NCBI GenBank assembly: GCA_035439185.1 | Contig: DAORJS010000001.1 | Span: 1-58,005 of the forward strand | Origin: Chitinophagaceae bacterium | GTDB taxonomy: Bacteria > Bacteroidota > Bacteroidia > Chitinophagales > Chitinophagaceae | DNA length: 58,005 nucleotides | Reading direction: 5' to 3' | Part shown: in pieces, positions 1 to 8,939 of the stretch | Layout of the letters: each line of letters begins with the position of its first letter | How positions within the stretch are numbered: the first letter of the stretch is position 1 | Notes under the pieces: model-generated | What the model saw: only the letters and a program-made list of their open reading frames with translations | What the model was told of the DNA's origin: nothing | Databases searched by the model: none | Made by a program: the position numbers and the translations under genes

Positions 1-36
1 CCGCTTCACTTTTAGCGGGAATCACTGAAAATCCTG

Positions 37-3000
37 TTAATCCTCTGTTTCATCCTCCCCGATATCATGCAGGGCAATGGCCAGGTTATTTGTTTTGACA
101 AAATTGCACCAGTGACAGTCATCCTTGCCACAACCGGTGTAGAATTCCCGCTCCTGTATTTTTTCCCAGGCACCAGTAACCTGGGCGGTCACAGTTTCAA
201 TATCCTGCGGACTGATTACCACTTTCTCCTTGCGGTATTGTTTTTTCTTGTCCGGTTCAATAAAGTCAAATTCTGTACTGATCACTTTCCATCCCTTCTG
301 CTCATAATTATCCACCAGGATTTTATAAAATACAGCCTGTCTCCAGTAATCACCCCCCAAAGGATCTTTATCAGAAGGTCCTTTGATTTTGGCAATGGCT
401 TTATCCGGATCCCCGGTTTTATAATCCACCACATTCACGGATTTGCCGTCAAATTCCAGTTTATCAATCTTGCCCTTAATGGGAACACCCTTCACGGTTA
501 CATTACGAATATTGCGCTCAATGGATACTACTTTGTTGAACTGGGTGATATAAGTGTCGTAATATTTATCCAGGATATCCTGTCCATTCTCCATGCGCCT
601 GGCAAACTGTTCTTTGGTAAAGCTTTCCCGGTGCCGGTGCATATACCATTCAAAATCTTCGATAAAAGTTTTTTTATCAGGAAACTGTTCCTTCGGATCT
701 TCCTGCATTTTGCGAAACAGTTTTTCCAATGCATAGTGTACCGAAGATCCGAATTCAGTCGCATCGTTTTTGGAAAACGGAATACGGATGACATGTTTGA
801 AATAAAATTCCAGCGGACATTTCAGGTACTGATTCAAGGCCGTTACATTCATCACAAACTTGTCCAATACCCTGCTTACAAACTGTTCTTCCAGCTTACT
901 GATCTCGGGTGCCTGGGCTTCTCCAAAACTCAGTGCAGCAAATTGTGCCACCACTTCGGGATCCACCACGACTGGCATCATCGGCAAATCATGCTGATCC
1001 CTGATCTCGGCAATAAACATGGAAGGTTCCAGTTCCTTGCCATCATTCCGGAAACGGCTGTATGAAATAATAAGGTGCTGTTCAGCCCTGGTTAAAGCCA
1101 CATAAAACAAACGGCGCAATTCCTCTTCATCACTGGAGGCAGGCGTTGAAGCAAAAATCGTATCCGGTAATTTATAACCACCCCCGGGTTTTCTTTTCTT
1201 TTCCCAGAAACCGGAATTGGTACCAGCGAGAAATACATATTCAAATTCCAATCCCTTGGATCCATGGGCCGTCATCAGGTTGACTCCCTTATCATTGCCG
1301 CTGACCTGTACCAGGGGCAGACTGATCCCCTCTTGTTCCATCATATCAATGAGGTTGACCAGTCCTTCGAGACTGAGCAGGGGATTGCGATGGGTTTCTT
1401 CTTTGATAAAATCATACAAAGCCGTGAGTACTTCCAGTTGCCAGTGTTTATCCGGACTCTGCATGATATGACTCAGTACGCCTGCTTCCCGCACCAGCTG
1501 ATCAAATAATTGCCGCAGACTGAAATTCGATACATCACTCATCAGTTGTTCGATCACAGCGGAGGCTTTGATCAGTCCGCTGTGCAAACCTGTGCTGAAT
1601 AAATCTTTCGGCGGGGCGGCTGCTTTTTCTGCCAGGATCCGCCGCATGGATGTTTTATCGCCACCATATCTTTTTTCAGCCGCTTCCACACTTAGTTTGG
1701 CTACTTCAAGGGAAGAAATATGGAACCAGTCGAAATGCAGGATCTCAAATAACATTTCATCTCCACTATACGCCACATCATGTTCAGAAGCGAGGTAGCG
1801 GAGTATTAAAACTATTTTCCGGGTAAGGGGCAATTCCAGCAGGTTGAGATGACGCTTGCTGTACACCGGTACATTTAATAATTTGAAATACTGCGCGAGT
1901 TCTTCTCCGTATTTATTTTCCTTGTAGATGATACCGATTCTTCCGGCGGCTACTCCCTTGGCCACGAGTTGTTGTACCTCATGGGCAATACCCGTCATTT
2001 CCAGTCGCTGTGTTTCATACTCACGGATCTGTGGCAATAACTGAAGATGTTTCAGTTCTTCCTTGCTGGATAGCAATTCTTTGCTGAGTCCTTCAATTTT
2101 TTTAACCAGTCTTTCATCATTGCGGTTGATCAGTGTTTTGGAAACATCCAGGATCGGTTGAGTGGATCGGTAATTATTGGTAAGCACCACCGTGAGCAAA
2201 TCATCACGATACTGATGGGCAAAATCCATCATGTTCTCTACGTTGGCGCCCTGGAAACGGTAAATACTCTGGTCGTCATCACCCACCACAAACACATTGG
2301 GTTGATCCCAGTAACTGATCAGCAGTTCCACGAGGCGGTTCTGGGTACCGCTGGTATCCTGGTATTCATCTACCAGTATGTATTGGAATTTCTCCTGATA
2401 AGAAGCCAACAGATTTTTATTTTCTTCAAAGCCCCGGATCACCCAGTTGATCATATCATCAAAATCGTAACGGTTGCGTTTGCGCATCAATTGCTGAAAG
2501 TGATCGAACTCGGCTACAGCGGCCCGGAGTTTTTCCATCTTCTCCTGTTCTTCATTGATCTTTTCCTGTTTCAGGTCACCGGCATTGAAGTTTTTGTACT
2601 TTCTTTTATAGATGAATTCATCACGGGTGGGCAGATCGTTGAGATAAGCATCAATTCTTTCATTGATAAAGGCGGGCGTCCAGCCTTCTTTTTTCATCGT
2701 ACTGAAAAGCGACTGCAGGTTATTTACTTCAAAATAAACATCGCCCCGGTATCTTTTCAGCGGATGGTTTTTGGGGAATGAATCAATCAGTTCCTTGAAG
2801 AGCTGTACTTTTTCAAGATCAGAAATCGGATCGAGGGCGGTCTTTTCAAACCAGGATAAATTTTCCTGGATCACCTCATTACAAAAAGCATGAAAAGTGC
2901 TGATATTAACTTTATAGGCATCGGGGCCGATAAAGCGGAGCAGTCTTTTGCGCATGGCCACCACACCGGCATCGGTATAGGTGAGACAAAGAATATTTTC

Positions 3001-3189
3001 AGGCGCCGCATCCGTATCCAGTAAGATCCGGCCGATGCGGCTGGCGAGGATCTGGGTCTTGCCCGTACCCGGACCAGCAATCACCATCACCGGGCCATCA
3101 ATATGGTCAACGGCCAGGCGTTGCTGTTCATTGAGTTTTTCGTACTCTTCCCTGAATTTTTTTTCAAGCTGTTCTTTGTTCACCGACAT
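37..3189 (-). CDS. UvrD/PcrA-family SF1A ATP-dependent DNA helicase fused to a C-terminal PD-(D/E)XK (RecB/AddB/Cas4-like) nuclease domain
   Basis: Walker A AGPGTGKT, motif Ia LTYT, TFHAFC, VDEYQD, VGDDDQSIYRFQGA, NYRS, MTAHGSKGLEF, RRLFYVALTRA. C-terminal CPLEFYF...GKIDKLE...VVDYKTG...QAVFY...CGKDDCHWC. Confidence 0.93.
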   Translation of the reverse strand: MSVNKEQLEKKFREEYEKLNEQQRLAVDHIDGPVMVIAGPGTGKTQILASRIGRILLDTDAAPENILCLTYTDAGVVAMRKRLLRFIGPDAYKVNISTFHAFCNEVIQENLSWFEKTALDPISDLEKVQLFKELIDSFPKNHPLKRYRGDVYFEVNNLQSLFSTMKKEGWTPAFINERIDAYLNDLPTRDEFIYKRKYKNFNAGDLKQEKINEEQEKMEKLRAAVAEFDHFQQLMRKRNRYDFDDMINWVIRGFEENKNLLASYQEKFQYILVDEYQDTSGTQNRLVELLISYWDQPNVFVVGDDDQSIYRFQGANVENMMDFAHQYRDDLLTVVLTNNYRSTQPILDVSKTLINRNDERLVKKIEGLSKELLSSKEELKHLQLLPQIREYETQRLEMTGIAHEVQQLVAKGVAAGRIGIIYKENKYGEELAQYFKLLNVPVYSKRHLNLLELPLTRKIVLILRYLASEHDVAYSGDEMLFEILHFDWFHISSLEVAKLSVEAAEKRYGGDKTSMRRILAEKAAAPPKDLFSTGLHSGLIKASAVIEQLMSDVSNFSLRQLFDQLVREAGVLSHIMQSPDKHWQLEVLTALYDFIKEETHRNPLLSLEGLVNLIDMMEQEGISLPLVQVSGNDKGVNLMTAHGSKGLEFEYVFLAGTNSGFWEKKRKPGGGYKLPDTIFASTPASSDEEELRRLFYVALTRAEQHLIISYSRFRNDGKELEPSMFIAEIRDQHDLPMMPVVVDPEVVAQFAALSFGEAQAPEISKLEEQFVSRVLDKFVMNVTALNQYLKCPLEFYFKHVIRIPFSKNDATEFGSSVHYALEKLFRKMQEDPKEQFPDKKTFIEDFEWYMHRHRESFTKEQFARRMENGQDILDKYYDTYITQFNKVVSIERNIRNVTVKGVPIKGKIDKLEFDGKSVNVVDYKTGDPDKAIAKIKGPSDKDPLGGDYWRQAVFYKILVDNYEQKGWKVISTEFDFIEPDKKKQYRKEKVVISPQDIETVTAQVTGAWEKIQEREFYTGCGKDDCHWCNFVKTNNLAIALHDIGEDETED

Positions 3190-3342
3190 GGGGCTGTATT
3201 CCTGATTAGTGAGACGAATTTAGGTCAATATTCAGCAAAACAGCGGGTGGCAGCCGGTGAAATGATTTACCGCTTTGGGGTATTGTCGGGGGGCTGAGAC
3301 TGGTTTACCTTTCCTTTATTAAAAACCTTTAAACCTTCTATT

Positions 3343-4254
3343 ATGAAACTTCGCGTAACGATTGACATTTTCAGTGGCCGCCCCAATCCGGTCATTGAAA
3401 TCGAGGATGCAGCGGCTACCAAGATCATGGACCAGCTCAGCAATGCTTCCCGGATGAAAAAAATCACGAACAAAACAGCGCAGGCTCCCGGTAATCTGGG
3501 CTATCGCGGTCTGATTATCGAGCAAATCGGCAGGGCCTCCGGTGGATTGCCTTCAGTAATGCAGGTGAGTCATCAGCATCTTTTCACCAACGACAGTTAT
3601 ACCGAACTTCCCGGGGAAGCTGTGGAGGAACTGGTATTAGGTAAACTGGGTCGTTTTACCGGAACAGGAGATAAAGCTGAATTCAAAGCCTTTCTTGAAA
3701 AAGAAATGAAGCGATTCCGGAATAAGTATGAAGATCTTGTTCGTATTCCGGATATAATTTGGCCGCCACTGATTGGAAAAGCCTGTTTCTGTTCACCTGA
3801 TCCGGATCTGACCTGGTGGAATGATGGTGGCACGATACAGGGCGGGAATAACTGTTATAACTATGCCTCTAATTACCGGAGTGATACATTTGCGCAGCCG
3901 GGAAAAGCAGCCGGACAACAATACACCTCACTTTCCGGATGTTCTGTTGCAGCAGGATCGAGGAGTGCCAAAGATGGTGCTATTGCTGATCAGCTGATTG
4001 ATTTACCTGCGGCAGATAATAAGTGTCCAAGGAAAGGGCACCTGGTTGCCCTGGTGATTGCCCCGGGATTTGATTTTCACTGGTTCCGCAAAGGACCGAA
4101 TGGAAGATGGAGTCATAAACCGGGAAGCACGGCAGCCAGGATCACGGATAATTCCAATAATTTAATTACAGATCCAAGAACGGCAGATCGTGGCCCCTAT
4201 ACACAATTTTGTACCTTTATGCAGGTCATACACGGCCATATTAAAATTGCCTGA
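3343..4254 (+). CDS. Hypothetical two-domain protein: N-terminal 'IFSGRPNP' domain plus C-terminal putative papain/transglutaminase-like Cys-His domain
   Basis: 303-aa ATG ORF after an AT-rich leader. NNCYNYA, DFHWFR and WSHKPG motifs suggest a Cys/His catalytic set; function inferred only. Confidence 0.6.
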   Translation: MKLRVTIDIFSGRPNPVIEIEDAAATKIMDQLSNASRMKKITNKTAQAPGNLGYRGLIIEQIGRASGGLPSVMQVSHQHLFTNDSYTELPGEAVEELVLGKLGRFTGTGDKAEFKAFLEKEMKRFRNKYEDLVRIPDIIWPPLIGKACFCSPDPDLTWWNDGGTIQGGNNCYNYASNYRSDTFAQPGKAAGQQYTSLSGCSVAAGSRSAKDGAIADQLIDLPAADNKCPRKGHLVALVIAPGFDFHWFRKGPNGRWSHKPGSTAARITDNSNNLITDPRTADRGPYTQFCTFMQVIHGHIKIA

Positions 4255-4594
4255 CACTACTCATATCATCACAGCAACAGTTTGTCTTTATTCCGGCAGG
4301 ATCAATCCATCCTGGACGATGACAGAAGAGGAATTAGACAAACTGTTGTTGTATATCCGATCTTTACCTGTTATCAATAAGCCGGTGGAAACCATGATGG
4401 GATATTCAGGTATTCTGATTCATTCCGGCCGGGTCAGACTGGAAATCTTCAATGAAAGGATCAGTTTGAAGGAAGATGGCGTGCGCACCTATTATGCCGA
4501 TCTGCACCGGAAGCTGGAATGTGATATTTTGAAAATGGCACCCAATGAATTTCAGGAGGAACTGAGAACGGGGGTTCCGCCGGGTATCTGGTAA
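4247..4594 (+). CDS. Hypothetical protein, stand-alone paralog of the N-terminal domain of the upstream gene
   Basis: LYSGRINP...MGYSGILI matches upstream IFSGRPNP...LGYRGLII. Likely TTG start at 4247 overlapping the upstream TGA (TTGCCTGA); the ORF track start at 4190 looks overextended. Confidence 0.7.
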   Translation: MPDTTHIITATVCLYSGRINPSWTMTEEELDKLLLYIRSLPVINKPVETMMGYSGILIHSGRVRLEIFNERISLKEDGVRTYYADLHRKLECDILKMAPNEFQEELRTGVPPGIW

Positions 4595-4657
4595 GAAACA
4601 GGGGTTTCTTTGAACTTAATCTATGTTTTGGGGTTATTAGATCAAACTCCAGGAACC

Positions 4658-5128
4658 ATGGCGGCCCATACCATTTATAAAGTACAGCGATTACCGGTTT
4701 CTCTTGACAAGGCCTGGGAATTTTTCAGCAATCCTGCTAACCTGCAGGCGATTACTCCGCCTGATATGGGTTTCAAAGTCATATCAAAATACCATGGTCC
4801 GTTGATGTATGCGGGTCAGATCATTGAATACAAGGTAAAACCTGTGTTGGGGATACCGGTGTACTGGATGACGGAGATCACGCAGGTGAAGGACAAAGAA
4901 TTCTTTATAGATGAGCAACGCTTTGGGCCTTATTCACTCTGGCATCACCAGCATCATTTCAAAGCCATACCGGGTGGAGTGGAAATGACGGATATCATTC
5001 ATTATAAAAATCCGCTCGGCTTTATCGGGCGGATTGCGAATGCTCTTTTTGTAAAGAAAAAACTGGAAGGTATTTTTCAATACCGCTTTCAGAAGGCAGA
5101 GGAATTGTTTGGTGTTTGGAAGGATTGA
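4658..5128 (+). CDS. SRPBCC (START/Bet v1-like) family ligand-binding protein
   Basis: AWEFFSNPANLQAITPP, YWMTEIT, FIDEQRFGPYSLWHHQHHF, EMTDIIHY are typical of this Bacteroidetes SRPBCC group. ATG at 4658 preferred over TTG at 4610. Confidence 0.85.
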   Translation: MAAHTIYKVQRLPVSLDKAWEFFSNPANLQAITPPDMGFKVISKYHGPLMYAGQIIEYKVKPVLGIPVYWMTEITQVKDKEFFIDEQRFGPYSLWHHQHHFKAIPGGVEMTDIIHYKNPLGFIGRIANALFVKKKLEGIFQYRFQKAEELFGVWKD

Positions 5129-5174
5129 TATATCAAAAGCAATTTGGAGTCTTGTTACAATTTTGCAGTATGTC

Positions 5175-5215
5175 ACCCCGGGCTTGTTTACCCTGTGGGA
5201 CCCGGGGTCTTTTTT
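5175..5215 (+). terminator. Probable intrinsic terminator downstream of the SRPBCC gene
   Basis: ACCCCGGG (5175-5182) pairs with CCCGGGGT (5201-5208), followed by a C and a T-run. Confidence 0.6.
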
Positions 5216-5310
5216 AGGTATAACGATAATCGTTTATCAAAATAAAGATACCGCTCCAAAGGAGTCCAATAGACCGGGGTCTTTCGGAGGAGAAAAATTG
5301 TCTTTTGAAA

Positions 5311-5336
5311 GATACCGGCTCAAGGCCGGTATGACG
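5311..5336. repeat. REP-like palindrome GATACCGGCTCAAGGCCGGTATGACG
   Basis: Perfect 8-bp stem ATACCGGC/GCCGGTAT with a TCAAG loop and GAC tail, resembling widespread extragenic palindromes. Confidence 0.55.
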
Positions 5337-5469
5337 TTAGTAAAGGCCCGTTGCAAGATTCAAATAATCGGAAACTCACTAAAGGCTTATAGTTTGTTAC
5401 CCTAAAAACCACTTGTTGAGGTCTTTCATAGGTACTACCTAAACCAACTCGAGTTAGCCGCTACTCACT

Positions 5470-7404
5470 TTATTTCGCCCTCTTCTTCAAATCAGCTACC
5501 GGTATCGTCATCAGTCTGCCGACAGTTTCATTATCTCTGTAAGTAATCATCTTGAGATTGGCGGCTTCATTCGGAATGAGTAATGCGTTTTGGTACTTCG
5601 GATAATACTGATCGGGGAAAGAATTATCGAAACTGTAATGAATGGATAGTCCGCTTACTTCGGTTGATAAATTCAGAAAATAAGTACTGCTGTCTTTTTT
5701 GCTGACCTGTACAATGGGATCGTACAAACTGCGGGCATATTTTACTTTGGCATTATCAAAGCGATCAAAATGGTCTTCTACTTTTTTTACAAAATAATTC
5801 CAGCCGGTTTCGGAGCTATCTCTTTTTTCTTTGGCGGTCCATAGGGCTTCGGCCATCGCGAAGGCGCGGGGCCAGATCATGTATTGCAGGTGACGGGTAT
5901 TGGTAACCTGTTCGGTCCAGAGATTGGCCTGTCCGCCCTTGATCAGTGATGCGTTCACGCCTGCAGGTACGGGTTCAAAGCGAAATACTTTTTTTAACCG
6001 GAGGGAAGCATAAACCGGTGGTTCGATGGAAGCATCTCCCTGCATATAATCGAAATAAGAAAAATCGGTAGGGCTCATTACCACTTCATGTCCCTGCGTG
6101 GCGGCTTCAATACCCCCTTTCATACCGCGCCAGCTCATCACGGCGGCATTGGGTGCCAGTCCGCCCTGAAGAATTTCATCCCATCCGATCATTTTCTTTC
6201 CCTTGCTGTTGATGATCTTTTCCACGCGGCGTACAAAATAACTTTGTACTTCATCGAGGTCTTTCAGATTTTCTTTCTGCATCAGGGCTTTGATCTGTTC
6301 ACTCTTCTCCCAGAAATTCCGGGCCGTCTCATCGCCACCCATATGGATATATCCGAATGGGAAGAGACTCGCTACTTCGGTGAAAATTTTATCGAGGTAT
6401 TCATAAGCTTTTTCATTGGCAGGGCAGATGGTATTATCGAGGGTGCCGTAAAAATGTTGTCCGCCACCGGGCCAGATCATGAAGCGGTCGCCGGGACTAA
6501 CATAATAATCGCCGGGGGTGCAGGAGAGTTCGGGGTAGGCGGCTAAAGCGGCGAGGCTATGACCGGGAACATCAATTTCGGGAAGAATATTCACAAAACG
6601 TTCGCCCGCATATCTTACCAGGTCGCGGATATCATCATGTGTATAGAAGCCGCCGTAGCTGGCTTTTTCTCCGGGTTGTGGTTTGGGAAAATTGCCGAAA
6701 GTACCGGTGCGTTCTACCCGCCAGGCGCCCACTTCGGTGAGTTTGGGTAAGGATTTGATTTCAATGCGCCATCCCTGGTCATCGGTGAGATGCAGGTGTA
6801 ACAGGTTGAATTTATATTTCACCATCTGGTCGATGAAAGCTTTCACTTCCTTGACGGTAAAAAAATGACGGGATACATCGAGCATGAGACCGCGCCAGCC
6901 GAAGCGGGGATGGTCTTCGATGGTCAGAATCGGAATTTCCCATTCGATCGGAGATTTTCTTTCTCTTAATTCTTCCACTTCATCGGGGAAGAGTTGCAGC
7001 AATGTTTGCACACCATAAAAAATACCGGCGGGTTCATTGGCTTTGATGCTGATGCCGGTAGCTGTGATTTGCAAACGGTAGCCATTGGGTTTAATGGAAG
7101 GATCATTCACGAGGGATAAGAGAATGGTTTTATTCCCGGGGGTGGTTCCTTCTTTTACTTTCACCGCATTGGCCATGTTTTGCAGGGTGCTAGCGAGTTG
7201 ATCGGCGATTTGCCGGACTTCTTTATTGGAAGGACTGATGATGTTTAAGTAATAAGGCAGTTTGAGATACCCTTTGCCGATTTGCATCGAATAAGGTTCG
7301 GGAATGATGGAGGGTTTCCAGTTGGGATTGCGGCGGGCTTGTTGGGAATGTGTGATACTGCTGAATATTAAAAGGCAGAGGGAAAGGAAAAATATTTTTT
7401 TCAT
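5470..7404 (-). CDS. GH20 beta-N-acetylhexosaminidase, secreted
   Basis: Signal peptide; DHPRFGWRGLMLDVSRHF, HLHLTDDQGWRIEI, PEIDVPGH, catalytic HMGGDE, GGQANLWTE, WPRAFAMAE. Confidence 0.95.
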   Translation of the reverse strand: MKKIFFLSLCLLIFSSITHSQQARRNPNWKPSIIPEPYSMQIGKGYLKLPYYLNIISPSNKEVRQIADQLASTLQNMANAVKVKEGTTPGNKTILLSLVNDPSIKPNGYRLQITATGISIKANEPAGIFYGVQTLLQLFPDEVEELRERKSPIEWEIPILTIEDHPRFGWRGLMLDVSRHFFTVKEVKAFIDQMVKYKFNLLHLHLTDDQGWRIEIKSLPKLTEVGAWRVERTGTFGNFPKPQPGEKASYGGFYTHDDIRDLVRYAGERFVNILPEIDVPGHSLAALAAYPELSCTPGDYYVSPGDRFMIWPGGGQHFYGTLDNTICPANEKAYEYLDKIFTEVASLFPFGYIHMGGDETARNFWEKSEQIKALMQKENLKDLDEVQSYFVRRVEKIINSKGKKMIGWDEILQGGLAPNAAVMSWRGMKGGIEAATQGHEVVMSPTDFSYFDYMQGDASIEPPVYASLRLKKVFRFEPVPAGVNASLIKGGQANLWTEQVTNTRHLQYMIWPRAFAMAEALWTAKEKRDSSETGWNYFVKKVEDHFDRFDNAKVKYARSLYDPIVQVSKKDSSTYFLNLSTEVSGLSIHYSFDNSFPDQYYPKYQNALLIPNEAANLKMITYRDNETVGRLMTIPVADLKKRAK

Positions 7405-7451
7405 GATGGGGAATTTGCGGGAGTGAAGGTAGGAAGAAGAGGAAGAATTTT

Positions 7452-7548
7452 ACCGCAAAGACACGAAGACGCAAGGATACGCAAAGAATATTTTAGTTAA
7501 CTGAGAGACTATAAGAAAACTCACTTAGCGTCATTGCGTCTTTGCGGT
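7452..7548. repeat. Inverted-repeat element built from 'CGCAAAGAC'-type units (MITE/REP-like)
   Basis: ACCGCAAAGAC (7452-7462) and its exact reverse complement GTCTTTGCGGT (7538-7548), with degenerate internal units ACGAAGAC, GCAAGGATAC, GCAAAG and mirrored CTTAGCGTC, ATTGCGTC. Confidence 0.65.
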
Positions 7549-7601
7549 TAAGTCTCTCTCCCCGCATGGTGTTGCGAGCGCTCGAAATAGTAATTAAAGG
7601 C

Positions 7602-7633
7602 GACTAAAGACTAATGACTACAGACTATCGACT
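7602..7633. repeat. Tandem heptamer repeat (GACTANN) x about 4.5
   Basis: GACTAAA-GACTAAT-GACTACA-GACTATC-GACT directly after the TPR gene stop. Confidence 0.7.
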
Positions 7634-7637
7634 TTCC

Positions 7638-8288
7638 TCATCCCGGCATCCTCGAAATATACTTCTCGATCTGTTTGATCTGATCAACGATCTGGGGCGT
7701 GGTAGGTTTGAGCGCTTTTGCTTTTCGGAAGAAATCTTTACTGGCCCGGAACTCTCTTTTATTCATCATGATGCTGCACATCTGTAAATAGGCGGCGGCT
7801 TCATTTTCTTTATCGGGGAGTCCTTTGCGGATGGCCTGGCGGATATAGCTTTCGGCCTGTTTGAGGTCATTCTTTTGCATGGCCAGCATTCCCATTTGTA
7901 ATAAGCTGGCCCCTTCAGCTTCTTTCATGGGCATACCCAGGTCGAGACCTTTTTTCATCATCTTTTCGGCACCGTCGAAATCCTGTTTCATCATGGCGAT
8001 ATTACCCTTGAGGGTATAATACACCGAGCGGATAGGTTTATACAGCAGGTTGGGGAATTGGATGGAGTTCAGCACTTTTTCAGCGCCGTCCATATCACCA
8101 TTTTCCATGTACTCCTGGATCAGCCGGAGCGGACCAAAGAAGAAATGTCCGAGGATCAGGATCACAGCAATCAGGTAAAGGGGAAAGGCGGGCCAGAAAC
8201 TGGCGGAATAGTTTACGTATCCACCTAATCCAAGCAGGGCAATGCCGATCCAGAGGCGATATTTAATGAGGAGATTATAAAACTTCAT
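7638..8288 (-). CDS. Membrane-anchored tetratricopeptide-repeat protein
   Basis: Two N-terminal hydrophobic segments, then TPR-like helices (YYTLKGNIAMMKQDFDGAEKMMKKGL, LLQMGMLAMQKNDLKQAESYIRQAI). ATG at 8288 preferred over TTG at 8306. Confidence 0.8.
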   Translation of the reverse strand: MKFYNLLIKYRLWIGIALLGLGGYVNYSASFWPAFPLYLIAVILILGHFFFGPLRLIQEYMENGDMDGAEKVLNSIQFPNLLYKPIRSVYYTLKGNIAMMKQDFDGAEKMMKKGLDLGMPMKEAEGASLLQMGMLAMQKNDLKQAESYIRQAIRKGLPDKENEAAAYLQMCSIMMNKREFRASKDFFRKAKALKPTTPQIVDQIKQIEKYISRMPG

Positions 8289-8341
8289 GGTGCTAGATGA
8301 TCCCAAAGGGATGAACCCGTGGGGGTTGGCTTTGGGGGGTG

Positions 8342-8349
8342 CAAAGATA
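8342..8349 (-). promoter_or_regulatory. Bacteroidetes -7 promoter element (TATCTTTG) for the TPR gene
   Basis: Reverse complement of CAAAGATA is TATCTTTG, followed by CA; matches the TAnnTTTG consensus, about 55 bp upstream of the ATG. Confidence 0.7.
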
Positions 8350-8369
8350 CGTTGCGGGGGGCAAAAGGG

Positions 8370-8819
8370 CTATTCTTTTGCGTCGTTGATCTCGAGCCAG
8401 TAGCCATCGGGGTCCTGGAAGTAAATCTGGTACACGCCGTCAACCCTTTTGGTAAGAGCGCCTTTTTCTCCGGCCCAGTTTTCGTATTCTATCTTGTTTT
8501 GTTCCAGGGTTTTAACAAAGTTGGGAACGGAAGCTACGGAAAAGCAGAGGTGGTTATGTTTGTCCGGACTTGTCTTGGCGGCGGCCCCTTCGATCAGGTG
8601 CAGGTGGGCTTTTGGGCCGATACTGAACCAGGTATGTTTGCCATCGTGGAAGGGTTCGGGGATGGTGTCAAGTCCGATGATTTGCTGATAAAAAGCGGTG
8701 CTGGTTTTCAGGTCGATCACATGGTGGGCGATATGGTTGATAACGGCCTTGGGCTGTGATTGTGCGGTGGCACCGGAGGCGATGAAACCGGCTGTCAGGA
8801 AGAAGGCAATAGTTCGCAT
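8370..8819 (-). CDS. VOC/glyoxalase-family protein with N-terminal signal peptide
   Basis: INHIAHHVIDLKTSTAFYQQIIGL, HLHLI, NHLCFSV, QIYFQDPDGYWLEIND. Start MRTIAFFLTAG...ATAQ at 8819. Confidence 0.88.
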   Translation of the reverse strand: MRTIAFFLTAGFIASGATAQSQPKAVINHIAHHVIDLKTSTAFYQQIIGLDTIPEPFHDGKHTWFSIGPKAHLHLIEGAAAKTSPDKHNHLCFSVASVPNFVKTLEQNKIEYENWAGEKGALTKRVDGVYQIYFQDPDGYWLEINDAKE

Positions 8820-8857
8820 CTGTTTCAATTTGAATGGGAAGGTAACGGTTAATCTGT

Positions 8858-8865
8858 TATTTTTG
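8858..8865 (+). promoter_or_regulatory. Bacteroidetes -7 promoter element (TATTTTTG) for tRNA-Arg
   Basis: TATTTTTGCA about 75 bp upstream of the tRNA; matches TAnnTTTG. Confidence 0.7.
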
Positions 8866-8939
8866 CAGCCCGCTTTTTGAAGCATTTGTCCGGGATTTCA
8901 TCATTCATCAATCCTTGTTCATCTGTTCGTCAATCAGCC

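Noticed and set aside
37-860. Cas4-like domain as evidence of a CRISPR-Cas system
   Set aside because: No repeat-spacer array or other cas genes were seen in the window; the domain is fused to a UvrD helicase.
67-1065. 332-aa plus-strand ORF (also 2158-2781)
   Set aside because: Antisense shadows of the helicase gene with no recognisable motifs.
5109-5405. 98-aa ORF after SRPBCC
   Set aside because: Runs through a terminator and palindromic repeats; likely spurious.
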